From the NCBI GenBank assembly GCA_030704615.1, contig CM060734.1:43772001-43836000 (forward strand): a stretch of 64,000 bases of DNA. Reading direction: 5' to 3'. Of the stretch, positions 11,694 to 25,014 are shown one piece after another. The DNA comes from Takakia lepidozioides (taxonomy: Eukaryota > Plantae > Bryophyta). The notes under the pieces were generated by a model. That model did not search any database. It was not told the origin of the DNA and worked only from the letters and a program-made list of their open reading frames with translations. The first letter of the stretch is position 1. Every line of letters starts with the position of its first letter. The position numbers and the translations under genes were made by a program.

Positions 11694-14334
11694 GTGAGAG
11701 AAGGGCTGCTTTCTGATGGTGTTCAGAGGATTGTAGTGGGTGACATTATAGAATAGACAAGGGAGGGCGTAAGAACCTGGTGGGGTAGAGAATCTGACGA
11801 TGTAAGATTCAATATCTGCTTCAATATTGCCATGCTACCCAAAAGTAGTTTCAGAATGATGTTGATGGCGCTTCCTATAAAGCTGACGCTTGGGGGACCG
11901 AGTCAAGTTTTTGTGTAGCATTTGATGATAGGTTGCCGAAGCCTCCAGCCTGTCCATCACTGCATCGGCCTCTCGAATGTTGTCGTACTCGTACTGAAGC
12001 TGCTTTTGGGCACTAGCTGGCAGACCTGCATAGTTGATGGTGATCTGAATCCAATGTGCTTTGGGAAGTCGGCTGAGAAATTTGCCACCTTGTGCAATAG
12101 CCCTGCACCAGAGACCACTCCACTAGCTGGTGTTGCTACTCCCCACAACGGGTATTGTCAGCTCAGGTTTTGCTCCAAGCATCACTCTCAAACCTGAGAG
12201 AAGGAAATCATGTTTGCCATGGGGCCTCTTGGTGTGCCTGGTCCGTAATTGGGCCCTCACAAAGTAGGGATTAGATGTGCAGATTTGGGTGCCAGAGTCA
12301 TCGCACATGCCCCTTGGCAGCTTTACCATAACCTCTCTAAGTCGGACTTGCACTGTGTAGAGATTGTGCACTTTCAGAGATACTTGCAGACATAGTAGTT
12401 GGCCTGTGGCATACTGTGCTTCAACATAGATGCTAGTGTGACTTGGCAGTAGGGGAGGTAGTTCCATTGCGTATTTTTGTACTATGTCACAGGGGGGTAT
12501 TGAAAAAGCGGCATGAGCATTGGATACAAGCTTCCGAGTGTGCAGTCTTTGCTGAAGGTGGCATGTTGTCCTTTCACCCCAATCTGCTAATTGGCCGGGA
12601 CATGTTATAATTAGCGCACTATTGTGCGTTCTGGTCCCTAAGCTATCTTGCAGTGGTAGTAGAGGATATGGTGCTTCCTTTAGGCTCTGTGCAGGCTTGT
12701 GCATGGCATTAGTACAGTGATCATAGTAGAGTGGTATTAGCATGTACTGATTTCCTTTGAGCTTTCGATCATGGGAGCGAGTAACAATTCTGATGGTATA
12801 TAAATATAATACTGCATACGAGTTACAAATAGCTTTGACAGCAGAGAGTGCAATGATATTTCCAGGCTTTGAGCCGGGCAGTACTGTAGTGTCACATTAA
12901 GTTTTTGGTCATAGCAGCGAGTGACAATGGTGAGCTTTGATGGTGTGTGGATATGTAACTGCATTCGTTTTTTGACAAGTATCCTTGACAGCGTTGCATC
13001 TTCTTGCACATATGGGGACATTTTCCAATCTGCGTTTTGAGCAGCCAGAACCTGCAGAGAAGGTGGGTGCTCTGACTGTATCCAAGGTGCACGTATGGTG
13101 CGTTCATTGGTCCTTATTTGTATGGTGTGTTTGCTACTTTGGTGCAAGACGTTCTTGTTGTGTAGATCTCTTATTTTGGCTGTTTTTGGCTGCATTTGTA
13201 CCAAGACATTGTATCTCTGCGGGGCATCAACCAAGCATTGATGTGGGCTTTGGGGACAGAGAAGCCAGCCTCTGTGGGGAGGGTTAGTGGGGGCTGCAGC
13301 AGACCCATTTGGAGTAGGATTGTAGTACAATTTAGGATTGCAGATTGCAGCAGATGAGCAGACACTATAGGACCTGTTGGCAGCATCTATGCCACAATGT
13401 GATGTAAAAAAGGCGTTACATAGCATAAGAAAAAGAGTTATTACATTGTATCTCTCATACAGTATAGTTCTGTGATATAATCTGAGGGTGCTTTTGGTGG
13501 CAGCTACGTTGAGTCTGTCTTGGCTGTTGAATATGCTATCCATGTGCCTACTCATTGGCGGTCTGCATGTGTATGTCCACTGTTGTTGTGCGCTCCATGC
13601 AATCAGCCCCCGTGGGTGCCGGTGTCTGGGGCTGCTCCCCTGTCATGGTGAGGGAGAGTAGTTCAGGATCATATGGTGGCGGGACAAAGTTGAAGTTTCC
13701 TGTTTTTGGTCTATTCTTGTGCACGCATGTTGCACATAATATAGGGGGTTTATGGACTGTCGCCCACTTTCCATCAAGGTTTCCTCTATGGGCTACTTCC
13801 TTCATACGGTTTTCTTGTACATACCAACTTATGGCAGCATACCGAAGAGGGCAATGTTTTCCCCATGTGGCACCACTAGGGTTGAATTGAACAGTTGCTA
13901 CCATAGCCCTATGTTGTGAGCTTTGTTAACAATAGAGTGGTCAGAGTAGTGTGGCCTGAGCTGTTGTAACATTAAGAATATTTGATCATAGCTTTGGGTG
14001 CCAGTGTTGATCCTTGATAGCACCTTTGTATAGTGTTGCCTTCGAACCCTTTGCGTTGACAGATAACACAGGAAAACTTGCAGATTTTGGGCAAGGCATT
14101 GGTTGGCACTGGTGGGGTTGTCCAGATATTGCCGTTGCAGGGTTGTTGGGGGATGCACTACTTTAATAGGGCTCTGTTCAGGCTTGGGTTTGGTAGTGGT
14201 AGACAGGTTGTACTGGAACGGCATTGATATGTATTGGGGCATCACATTTATTCGCATTAGCATGTACTATGGCTTTCCTCGTTTGTAGTTGTCATTTTGC
14301 CGTTTCTGGGATTGGCATGCGATGCTTTGTGCGG

Positions 14335-17300
14335 AGAGTGGGGAAAGAGAATGGAATTGCAAGACTCCATCAAGGTCAGGAAACATGAATTATACCATGT
14401 GGAAGAAGTACGTGCTGATGCAGCTGATAATATGACCAGAATTCAGATGAAGCGAAAGGAACAGTTTGATGAAGGCAAGTTAAAGACTTTTAAGACGGGG
14501 GATTTGGTTCTATGGTTGTAGAAGAAAGGAAAGATTCAAGCTTCTAAGCTTAAATCACCATGGAAAGGACCTTATGTCATACAAAAGATGTATGATAACA
14601 ACACCGCCATGTTACAAACCATTAACAAAGAAATGCTGGGAAGAGTCAATGCCAATAAGTTGAAGGGGTACAGTGGTATCCATGACAAACCCTTGCAGCA
14701 TGATTTGCATGTTGAACTGCAAGAGGAGTCACGGGCTGCACCAGTGTTACGAACGGAGTATGGAGCACTTGTCGCTAGGCCGAGCATATATGACCAGGGC
14801 GGGCAAAACAAACGTGACACAGCCTATCACAGCCCATCACGACGTGACACAGCCTATCACAGCCCATCAAGGCAAAGCACAACCTATCACAGGACACAGC
14901 CTATCACAGCCTCACGCGCACACAGCCTATCACACCTACCACAGCGTGTCACAGCCTATCACAACTTACCACAGTGCATCACAGCCTATCACAGCGTAAC
15001 ACAGTATGACACAGCCTGTCACAGCTCAACACAGCCTACTAGGGTTACACGATCCATAGAATCAGTGACAGGTGGACGCATAATAACTTCAGGAAAATGG
15101 CTGACGGAAGATAAAACGGAAATTAGTTTAAAAATAGACACGTGGAGGTCAGGGCGCGACACACAGCTGAGAAGGAAGTGCAAGAACAGGTGTCATAAAG
15201 AAAGAGGACAAGAACGGCCGTCAAAAGGGATGAAAGGCGGGCCCATTAATGAATACGGAAAAAGGGAAACGGAACGAACGGCAAGTACAGAAAAGCGAAA
15301 TTCTTGTCACATGTGATCCTAGTGGACTATCCAGCACGGAAAGTCCACTAAAGAAAATAAATCTAAAATCCAGTCACAGCGGATACAGCCAATAGAAAAC
15401 CAGAGAAAGGATCAAGAAAATGGAGGGAAATTGAGCGCAAGAGGCGGCGTCGTTCTGAGTAACGGGCGTCTCGACGGGACAGACCATCAATGCTATAGCT
15501 TGGAAACTATGGAGGAACTAACAGACTATACGCTCGCAATATACTTACGCAGTGGCATAGACACGAAAGGACAGAGCGGAGCTTTTCTCTTGAGTGATGC
15601 TTGCAAGCCCCGCAGGCTTACAAGAAATTACCCATAGCTTTCTGCGGCAACCATACGTTTATGCTTTGTGCACTACAGGCATTCCTGCAGTTGTTACAGC
15701 CAAAACAGTTCTGTGAGTCTAAAATGAAGAGAGTGAGAGGAATGGAGAAATCAGGGTGAAGAGCACCACAATTCTGCAGAAACAAACGATTGCTACCCCA
15801 CAGGCGATACAGATACTGGAGGAGCTGAGATTGCAAGGATTGCAAAGCCTAGATTGGACATTACACCATAGACAGTACATGTTACAATTTTTGCAGAACT
15901 TTGAGCCAAGGACAGGAACAACGGTGAAGGGAGTTGAATTGATGATTACTCCCCTATACCTCCAGCAATTGTTTCGATTGCCAGCAGGTCAGGTGCATGT
16001 GGAGGAACACAGGGCAAGACTGCAAATATGGGACTTATTCCAAGAAGGGAGTTTCTTTAAAACTCAGGGTTATGCTTGTACCAAGGCTGTGTACCCAGGG
16101 CTAAAAGAGGTAGGCCAGGTATTGAACGTTCTGATTGCCATGAAACAGAACCAACAGTATTTGAGCAGATCCTTCACGGAGGAAATACTCAAAGGCCTGA
16201 AGGGACAAGAGGTACAATGGGCGGACATAATGTACAACGCACTGGTGGAGGAGATGAAAAGATTACAAGGTACTACCGCAAAGTCTCCTATCATAGTGTC
16301 TGGCCCAATCATTGCTCAAATAATCCTTGATTCTGGCATACTTGATGCGCAAGAAAGAAAGGAAATGGGAGTGTTTGAGCCAGAAACCACTGCAATGGAA
16401 GAGCAAGGCTCTTCACACAGTGAGGGTGGACTAGCAGGGCAACCCGAGACTAAGAGGTAGAGACGGGGAAAGACTGTAGTGGCGGATCCACTGGCTTCAC
16501 GGATTCCGCATGATAATGTTTCCCAAGCTCATGTGCAGGAAGGGGCACAGCAGCACAGAGAAATGCTATTACTGGAAGCAGGACCTTCAGAGAGGGAGGA
16601 GGAAGTTACTTCTGTATCACAACCATCACAGCCAGCTGATCGACTTGTCACAAGGTCACAAGTTGTCCATGCAGCTCAACCAGAAATAATTGATTTGGAA
16701 AGAGAAGGGTTAAATATTCCAACTACAGAACAGATAGTGGCAGAAATGGAGAAGGGGGACCTTCTCTATGAATATTCTGGTCTGGTCAAGGAGACAGAGA
16801 TCCCAGAGGTGCAATAGTTGCCCAAGGGAAATCCTGAGGTGCATATAATACCACACCTTTGTCGGAGGTACCACAGGCGGAAGGTCATGACACTGTAGCA
16901 CCGGTGATAGATGAAGTGGTTCAGGAAGAAAATCCGGTGGGACAATGGCCTGAATGGTTCGTGAGACATCACACTGTGGAGGATCAGGAGGAACAGCAGC
17001 AACCTCACCATGATGACCCTCAACAGGCAATGCTGATGAGTTCCATAGGCAGGACACTTAATTTGTTGGGGACTTATGTCAAATCCCATGTTCCAACTAC
17101 CCAATTGACAACCTTGAGAGAGGAACTTAGGAAGGAGTTCGAGGCTCGACTAGCCACTGAGTGTGCAAACAAGGTCGATGAAGAGGTCACTCTCAAGATG
17201 CAGCAGGACTTGGGAAATACAGAAGCGGCTTTGCAATTGGCCAAGGAAACAATTGATTGAGGCAGGCCTCGCGCAAGACCAGTTGCACGAAGCACATAAG

Positions 17301-20260
17301 CAATAGCTCTACCAAATGCAGGTGCAGCATGAAAGCAAGTTGCAAGAAGTGAATGCACTACATACGGAGTTGCAGACAGTGCATGACAGGATGGCGATAC
17401 AATGTGCTACATTCACAACTATGCTTGAACAATCTACAAAAGAAATAAACAGTCAAGCGGAAAATGTACGAAGGCAGAAGAGGAGAATGTTGAGCAATGA
17501 AACTCATTGTCGATATGAAGAATACAATCTGTCGCAATGAGGATGCTTTCAAGCAATACAGGCAGGTTGAAGCTGATCAAGAGAAGCACATCGTGGAGTT
17601 GCACCAAACGATCATGGCCAATAGAAATGAAATCGCGGTCAATAACAAGGCTTGGGAAGCTAATAATCTGGCTGCTGCCTATGCGAAGTTGTTGAACCTC
17701 AGGCGAAGCGCATGGAGGCTTTACAACATCAGTTAGAAGTGTACAAGCTAAGAGAGGAGCAAACTCTCAGGGGAACCACAAGCAACTTGGTGGATAACAG
17801 CCTTATGCAGGTCTGGTTAGCACAAGGGCCAGTAGAGGGCAAAGCACCACGAAAGCTCACCCAAAGCGAGATGAATGAGCTCAGGCTGCAGGTGCAGAAC
17901 ATTGCCACAACTACTATAGACAATGTCTATAGTAGGATAGCAGAGTTACAAGAGGATGTAGACGGACTGCAGACTCAAGTGGAGGACCTCACTTCAAACA
18001 TCAACAAAAGAGTCTATATCCTCAGGAACAGCTAATGGCTTCTTATTTACAAGCCAGAACTTTGGCTTTTCAGTCTTCACAGGAGGTGCAGGAGATGCCA
18101 ATGATACAAGAGCCAGTACCACCACCACAAACAAGTCACTGTACCAGTAGTTGAACCTGTGGTTACTACACACCACACCACAGCCACCACAGCCTGAGGT
18201 ATGGGGCAATGCTGCTTTTAACCCACCTAAAACTCCAGCTGCAAGGGAGTACAGTAGGGCTATGATTATGCCCTTCAACCAAATTCCCATCATGTTGGAT
18301 TTGGCTTGGAAAGAATTTAGTCCTCCGCAGTCATTCGCACATTACTACCAAATCATGCGTATTTGGCTGCCAGTGGCAACTAGGACTAAAGTTTTCTTCG
18401 AACAATCGACATATTGAAGATCATCACTTTGCACAATACTGGCACGAGGCAGGTACCATGTTGAGGGAATTGATTGCTTTCCAGGTTGTACATGGACTCA
18501 TTCATACCAAGACCAAGGAGGTAGCAAGTATTGTCATGGGATGCGGGTTATACTACGCTGCTTGTTTTCTGGTACGTTATCACATTGAGCAACAAAAGAT
18601 GCAAACACGCTTTCTGAGTTATTCCAGTGGAGATCATTGGGTATTACCTTCGGTGCCACCTCATATATACTATATATGACGCAAAAGCTATGATGCAAAA
18701 GGATTCTCAAATTCGTTCATGGTTTCAAGCGGCCTGGAACAATTTGTCAACACAGAAATTCGGCATTGATTATATCTATAGGGACATGTGGCATGGAAAT
18801 ACTTGCACGCTGCACTAGTAATTGGTACCCCACTCACCTGGACAGACATGGAGCTCAGTGTCTACACCAATTTTGTTATTCAGCCGTTACACCAAGTTGT
18901 AAAATATAAACTTCCAGACATGGTAGGACAGCATTGTATGCCCCAGATGATTCCACAAAAAGTTCGAAAATTAAAACACCTGAGAGGCGATGAGGATTCT
19001 GATACAACTGTTTCTTCACCGAATTCTTTTGACATGGAAGAAGACTATGCAATTCAGATGGCGGAGAAGAAGCGGGGCTCCTATGCCGAAAAGGTTACCT
19101 CGATATCAGCCTCCAGAGGGACTCACTTATCCAGGTAGTGACCAACCATCTCCGTCAACCAGAGACAGACCTAGGGCTCGTACACACAGTCCGCCAAGAA
19201 ACTCTCAACGTCAAAAGGTGCTCACTCACAAAGGTTTGCTAATCGAAATCAGTAAACCGTGAGGACACGGCTTTTTGAGGGGGAAAAGGTAATGTTAGAG
19301 GACTGTCTGGGACTTAGACACTTAAACGGGATCTGTAGGGTACCCTTAATTTTGCACAGACTGAGACCAACAGGAGCCTTAGGGGTGACAGCAGCGCACT
19401 GTAGAGAGGGGTTACACAGCCCGTCACAGTAGTCACAGCCGACACAGCCAACACAACCCGTTACAGTCATCATAGCCGACACACAACACAGCCCGTTACA
19501 GTCGTCACAGCATACACACACACAGCCGTCACAGTCGTCACAGCCGACACAGCCGACACAGCCACACAGCCACACAGCCACACAGCCCGATACAGCCAAA
19601 CACAGTCGCACAGCCAGTCACAGCTTGACACAGCTGTCACTTAGGGAACGGAGAGCAGGACAGGGAACGACTGTGGGGAACAACACCTGCAAAGGGAACA
19701 TGTTAGTTCACAGACGACGGTTAGTGAGGGAAACGGTTAGAACCACGGGTAGGAAGATAAAGGGAGAAGCGGGGAATTTTGGGAATATCATTCGGTGGAG
19801 GATTTCTTGGGTCATGGAGGAGAGGGGATCGGGCAGAGATTAAGAACGGAAGTGAAGATAGAGAGATGATGAGTAGATGCTTGTTATATGCAAGGCTGTA
19901 ATGATATTGTAGAGCAGATTAGAGACACAATGGCTTCGGCCTGATACCTGATAAATCATAATCGGATACTTTTACGATACAATCACACTGTGTAGAGAGA
20001 TCTGAGTGAAGCTGTGGAATGAATGGATGAGTTGACGAAATCCAATAGATTGATAAAGCAAACTGATACTTAATTATCAATGGTAAGGTAGCTAACATGA
20101 TGCCAAAAGGGAAACAAATAGGAAACCCCCCATGATACACTAGCTGTAGGTCATGACTGATTGTTCTGCGCGGGCTGAGTACTTAGAGATTTCCAACTCT
20201 TCTATCTTGGAGTTTCCGCCTCGAATAGCGAAGGGATGGGTGAGTAAATGCCACGCGACA
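14335..20260 (+). mobile_element. 5'-truncated family-A Gypsy (integrase C-terminus, repeat tract, 3' extra ORF, PPT, LTR 19293-20260)
   Basis: Collinear inverted homologue of 25016-31415. Integrase tail GDLVLWL..KSPWKGPYVIQK; PPT GAGGGGGAAAAGG before TGTTAGAG; the LTR ends GCCACGCGACA. Confidence 0.92.
15509..19255 (+). pseudogene. Long extra 3' ORF of family A (frameshifted; Athila ORF/Transposase_32-like N-domain plus coiled coil)
   Basis: Chain of sense ORFs from 15756 to 19255. VKGVELMITPLYLQQLFRLP..EVQWADIMYNALVEEM is followed by an E/Q-rich heptad region; conserved in the second copy. Confidence 0.7.
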
Positions 20261-21267
20261 TTACTCACCCATCCCTTCGCTATCCGAGGCGGAAACTCCA
20301 AGATAGAAGAGTTGGAAATCTCTAAGTACTCAGCCCGCTCAGAACAATCAATCATGACCTACAGCTAATGTATCATGGGGTGTGTTCCTATTTGTTTTCC
20401 TTTCCGCATTCATGTTAGCTAGCTACCTTACTATTGATAATTGAGTATCAGTTTGCTCATCAACTCATCCATTCATTCCACAGCTTCACTCAGATCTCTC
20501 TACACAGTGTGATTGTATCGTATAAGTATCAGATTATGATTTATCAGGTATCAGGCCGAAGCCATTGTGTCTCTAATCTCCTCTACAATATCACTACAGC
20601 TTTGCATATAACAAGCATTTCCTAATCATCTCTCCTCCTTCACCGTGCTCTCCATGCTTGCTTTCGTTCTTGCTCTCCGCCTGATCCCCTCTCATCCATG
20701 ACCAAGAATCCTCCCCCTCGAGTGCTTCCAAGATTGATCCCCCTCTCAGTCCTTGCTTCTCCTTTATCTTCCTACCCGTGGCTCTAACCGTTTCCCTCAC
20801 TAACCGTCGTCCATGAACTAACATGTTCCATTTGCAGATGTTGTTCCCCACAGTCGTTCCATGTCCTGCTATCCGTTCCCTATGGTCGTGATAGCTGTGT
20901 CAAGCTATGACTGGCTGTGTGAAACTGTGACGGGCTGTGACTGGCTGTGCGACTGTGTTTGGCTGTGTCGGGCTGTGACTGGCTGTGACGACTGTGACGG
21001 GCTGTGTTGGCTGTGACGACTGTGACGGGCTATGTTGGATGTGTCGGATGTGTCGGCTGTGACGGGCTATGGCGAACGGCTGTGTTGGCTGTGCTGTGTC
21101 GGCTGTGACGACTGTGTTGGCTGTGACGACTGTGACGGGCTGTGTAACCCCTCTCTTCAGTGCGCTGTTATCACCCCTAAGGCTCCTGTTGGTCTCAGTC
21201 TGTGCAAAAATTAAGGGTACTCCTCAGATCCCGTAAAAATGTCTAAGTCCCTGGCAGTCCTCTAACA
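20261..21267 (-). repeat. Family-A LTR in reverse orientation, missing ~13 terminal bp
   Basis: Inverted match to 19293-20247; outer end TCTAACA (21267) interrupts the RT of Gypsy C. Confidence 0.9.
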
Positions 21268-21822
21268 GACCTGCCAAAATCTAGAAGCCAAATACAGCTT
21301 TGAAAAGACCTTTGCCCCATGCAACATATCTAAAGTCTCGTTAATTCTGGGCAAGGGGTATACATCCTTCTTGGTGATGGCATTTAGGCGCCTGAAATCA
21401 ACACAAAATCTAGTGCTACCATCCTTCTTCCCAATTAGTACGATGGGGCTGGCCCAAGGGGAGCTAGAGGGACGAATGACCCCTGCATCCAACATGCGCT
21501 TGACTTCTTCTTGAATGATGTTTCGTTCCTTGACACTCTCCCTATATGCATACTGCTTAATAGGCTTGCCTTCACTCTCTATGTCATGCTGAATGAGAGA
21601 GGTTCTGCCCAGATCTGTAGGCCCTTTGCTAAACACATCAGCATTGCGCCTAAGAACTTCTTTGAGCCTGAGCAGTTGATTATCATCTAGATCTCCTATT
21701 TTCACCGCGTCAAAGAGTTCAGCCACATGGTTTTCATCAAAGACATCGGCATGAAATGAAGGAGTAGGTGAAGAGTACCTGGCAAAGGCAGAGAGTGCTT
21801 CAACCTCAGAATTGATTATGCC
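21268..21822 (-). pseudogene. Gypsy C reverse transcriptase, N-terminal part
   Basis: SSSPWASPIVLIGKKDGSTRFCVDFRRLNAITKKDVYPLPRI..LASRFWQV; continues in frame from 45190 across the TSD GGCATAATC. Confidence 0.9.
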
Positions 21823-22295
21823 GGGGAATGCTTGCGCGTGAGCTTGGCTGCGTGAGCCTGTGAGCCTGTGAGCCTGTGAGCCTAGCTAGGCTCAACGCCA
21901 CGTCAGCAATCATCCACATGTGCAGGTCCTAATTCCGTGCTTCCCCCCCCCCCTATTACCGCGGTTCAGTTGTCGCCTATGTCCCTTTCATCGCCCCCAC
22001 ATGAATATTCTTTCCGACCGAGAACAATGGTAGGTTTGTGGATGGTTTAGGATCGAGGACATGATTTTTGAATGAGGAGATCGCCCGCTAGAGAATTGAA
22101 TATTAACAGCAAAACCCTTTTTTTGCAAAGTAGTTCATTCATTCCAACCCACAAACATTTTTCAATGCTGGAATCTGAAGACCTACCCCAGGCAATCCCT
22201 AACTGTACTTACGGGAACGCGCGAAGATCTTGAAAAACAGTTTGGGGATGGAAGCAAAACCAAAATACATTTTATTAAGTCTCGGTACTTGAACC

Positions 22296-24409
22296 TCAAG
22301 AACTATTGGAGGTTTCAGAGGAACTACTTCCAGAGTCTGCAACAATATCATCTATGAACACAACAGCCCCTCCTTGACGTTTTTTTTCTCCGCGACCCCC
22401 ATGGAGAGGCGAATACATTGTTTGTTGGGACAGCACCTGTGCGCAAGCTTCCGCGTAAACCGGCAAGCGGTAAGCTCTAGGGGGACTCGGGGACATGTAG
22501 TATCCTTGGAAACCGAAAGGTGTATGCGTATTCGATGACGTCTGCCGAACTCTGGAAAGCAAGAAGAGGAATGGTGGTAGATGTTATCATCCAGAAATAG
22601 ACAATGTAAGCAACCATCTGTCGAACGGGAATGACACAATAAAATGCAACATATTTTGCACGACTAGAGCCGAACTTACTCACACTCAAAATCAGAGTCC
22701 ACGTCGAGATCCTCATCAGGCGCTTCGGGCTCCTCAAGAAGTCCCTCCGTGGATGGGGCAGAAGTAGTGCCCGACTCAAGCTGATGCAGCTCGCTTGAGA
22801 AGAGCTCCGTATCAGCCTCCATGCCGAAGAAGTGCCTTCCGACGCTTTTGCACGCATGAAAAGATGCTCCTGCAAATCGAAGATGAACGAGAAATCAAAA
22901 CAGGGCTTCCCTAAGCTCACTGCCCACATTTCAAACACAGTGTTCAGGGCCCCACCTGTTCCCATAGACAAGTCAACCACTCGTCCACCGTGACGGCTGC
23001 ATGTCTCCACCAAAGTCTGCATGAAAGCTGGGGATTTCTCCCATGCACCTCTCCAAGGGACACCAGTCGACCTTTTCGTGGTTTGACCCGAGTCCACGTA
23101 ATTGAAGATTACATCATCCTCCACAGGCTCGCAGGTGGGGTCAATGTGAGCTGCAAGGTCCCTCAACTGGAACTCAGCAATACCAGGAGGAAGAGTGTCC
23201 TTATGCACCCTCACTAGGCACAAAGCTTCGAACACCCGAGTCTGTCAATAATCACGAAGAGAGCATGAGGCAAAAGACAAAACCAACTTTTGACATGTAC
23301 ATCAGAACCACGAAACTTTAATTCAAAGGAACCAACTCACTTTCTCCCCCGGGAACTCGCCCTTCGTAAGAGGCAGAGTGTTGATGCATGTCCAAGTTTT
23401 GATGACACAAAACCCAGAAGCTTTCATGTAGCTGAAAAGAGTTCTCCGTGCCGACATGTCCTTTGACTGCATGAGAAGAAGAGCCCCCGAGTCAAAAAGG
23501 AATTTGTTGCTGAATGAGAAGGCCCACTGCCAGTAACGAGAATCCGGTTTGTTCCAAGTGGGGGTTGAATTGGAAGGCAACACATCAAGGACAGGGAAAC
23601 CGTCAGGAATGTCCAGCACCACAAGGTCAGTCGTGTATGCCTGTTGAACTCCATTCACCCAATCCGGCCTTTTTGTGACCTACAGCCAAAACAGGAGACA
23701 GTGTCACAAGCCCAATCTTGATCCAACAGGAAATCAATCCCATCGACAAGCCAGAACAAGTTGCCAAAACAAAATTATTCACACAACAATTAAGACATAT
23801 GTGCTTACCTGAGTGAGGAACGAAACAAGCATGTCCCATGATTTCGAGGGCACCCCTTTGAATGTCGACTTCTTGGATTCCATCATTGCCAGAAAACTTT
23901 CATTCACCACCTTCCGATGGAACTGGCCCAAACCCTGGATGGATGTTCTCTCGCATCGAAAGGCTGCTCCCTCGACTTTGGTGTTCTCCTATCCCTCCTA
24001 GTTGGAGAAGGCTGTCTTTCAGCGACCTCAGACGGGCCCTGTTCCTGCGGAGCTGCACTCTTCCCCTTCCCCTTCGGATCCCCGGCAATCTTCCCTTCCG
24101 TTTTGGAGTAGCAGATTTTCAGGCTCTTTTGCAGCCAGAGAGCAATGATTCTGTCCTGAATGTCTTTGTCAGCCAGTGGGGCAAGTGTCGCGGCGTTGTC
24201 GTTAAGGTTTCTCAAAACAACTTCATCGAATGGTGTGTCCTATTTTGGCAGATCGAGGTACCACCCACAGTCTCTGAAGTGCGCCTGCTCCAGTCTCTGG
24301 CAATACTAGCCGTGTACATTGTCTTGTCATTGGGGGGTCAGCCCACGAGTAGATGAAGTCTGGGTCATCGCTGAGGTACTTTCCCGGTGTAAGGACATGA
24401 TACATATAC
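22296..24409 (-). pseudogene. Spliced beta-class N4C/N6A DNA methyltransferase-like gene, copy 1
   Basis: Exons ~24409-23809, 23679-23341 (DLVVLDIPDG), 23241-22956 (EKSPAFMQTLVETCSRHGGRVVDLSMGT), 22869-22680 and 22551-22296, with GT-AG introns. Confidence 0.75.
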
Positions 24410-24535
24410 CTGAATGACACACACACCCAAAATCCAAACAGTCAATCGATCTAATCAGGACACAGATCACACATCACGAGAAGTGTATTGGCATGCAGGT
24501 CAGTAACACTGATAAACCAACGTTTGAAAGCCCGA

Positions 24536-25014
24536 TTCAACATTGCGTTGACGCAATGTTGATTCGAGCTGAAATGGAAAACACCAAATTTGGAGAACTG
24601 CACTTTCAACAAGCACGTACGAGAGGGAAAGCCCATTATCCTAAAACATCTCATGCACAACATTGGAACCCCCAATCAACCTTGCGTTGACGCAAAGAAG
24701 ATTGGCGGATACACCTATGATAATGTAGCATTGAAAGAGACAGTGCTTGGCAACGGAATTCAACATTGCGTCAACGTAAGGTTGTTTTCATTAACTGAGG
24801 AAATGGAAAACAGTGATTGAAAACCACCATCTGAATATCTGCTGGTATGGATATTCAACCTTGCGTTGACGCAAGGTTGAATTCCTCTGCTGAAACACAT
24901 GTCCAGGGTATTTTTGATAACCTTAACTTTCCTACAATTGTATGGAAATCGGGGTATTTTGGCGGGATTAATCTAGCAATCCATACCGTCAAACAACGTT
25001 GCGTCAACACAAGG
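24536..25014. repeat. Cluster of ~26-bp palindromes TCAACCTTGCGTYRACGCAAGGTTGA
   Basis: Copies near 24537, 24676, 24760, 24855 and 24994; also 25500 and 25616, with mirrors at 50350-51115. Confidence 0.85.

Noticed and set aside
19249-19640. Cys-rich, metallothionein-like ORFs (also ~21032, 26193, 37931, 5544)
   Set aside because: They are translations of the (CACAGC)n-like tandem tract inside family-A LTRs.
20140-20368. Near-identical ORFs on both strands
   Set aside because: An artefact of the tail-to-tail LTR palindrome.
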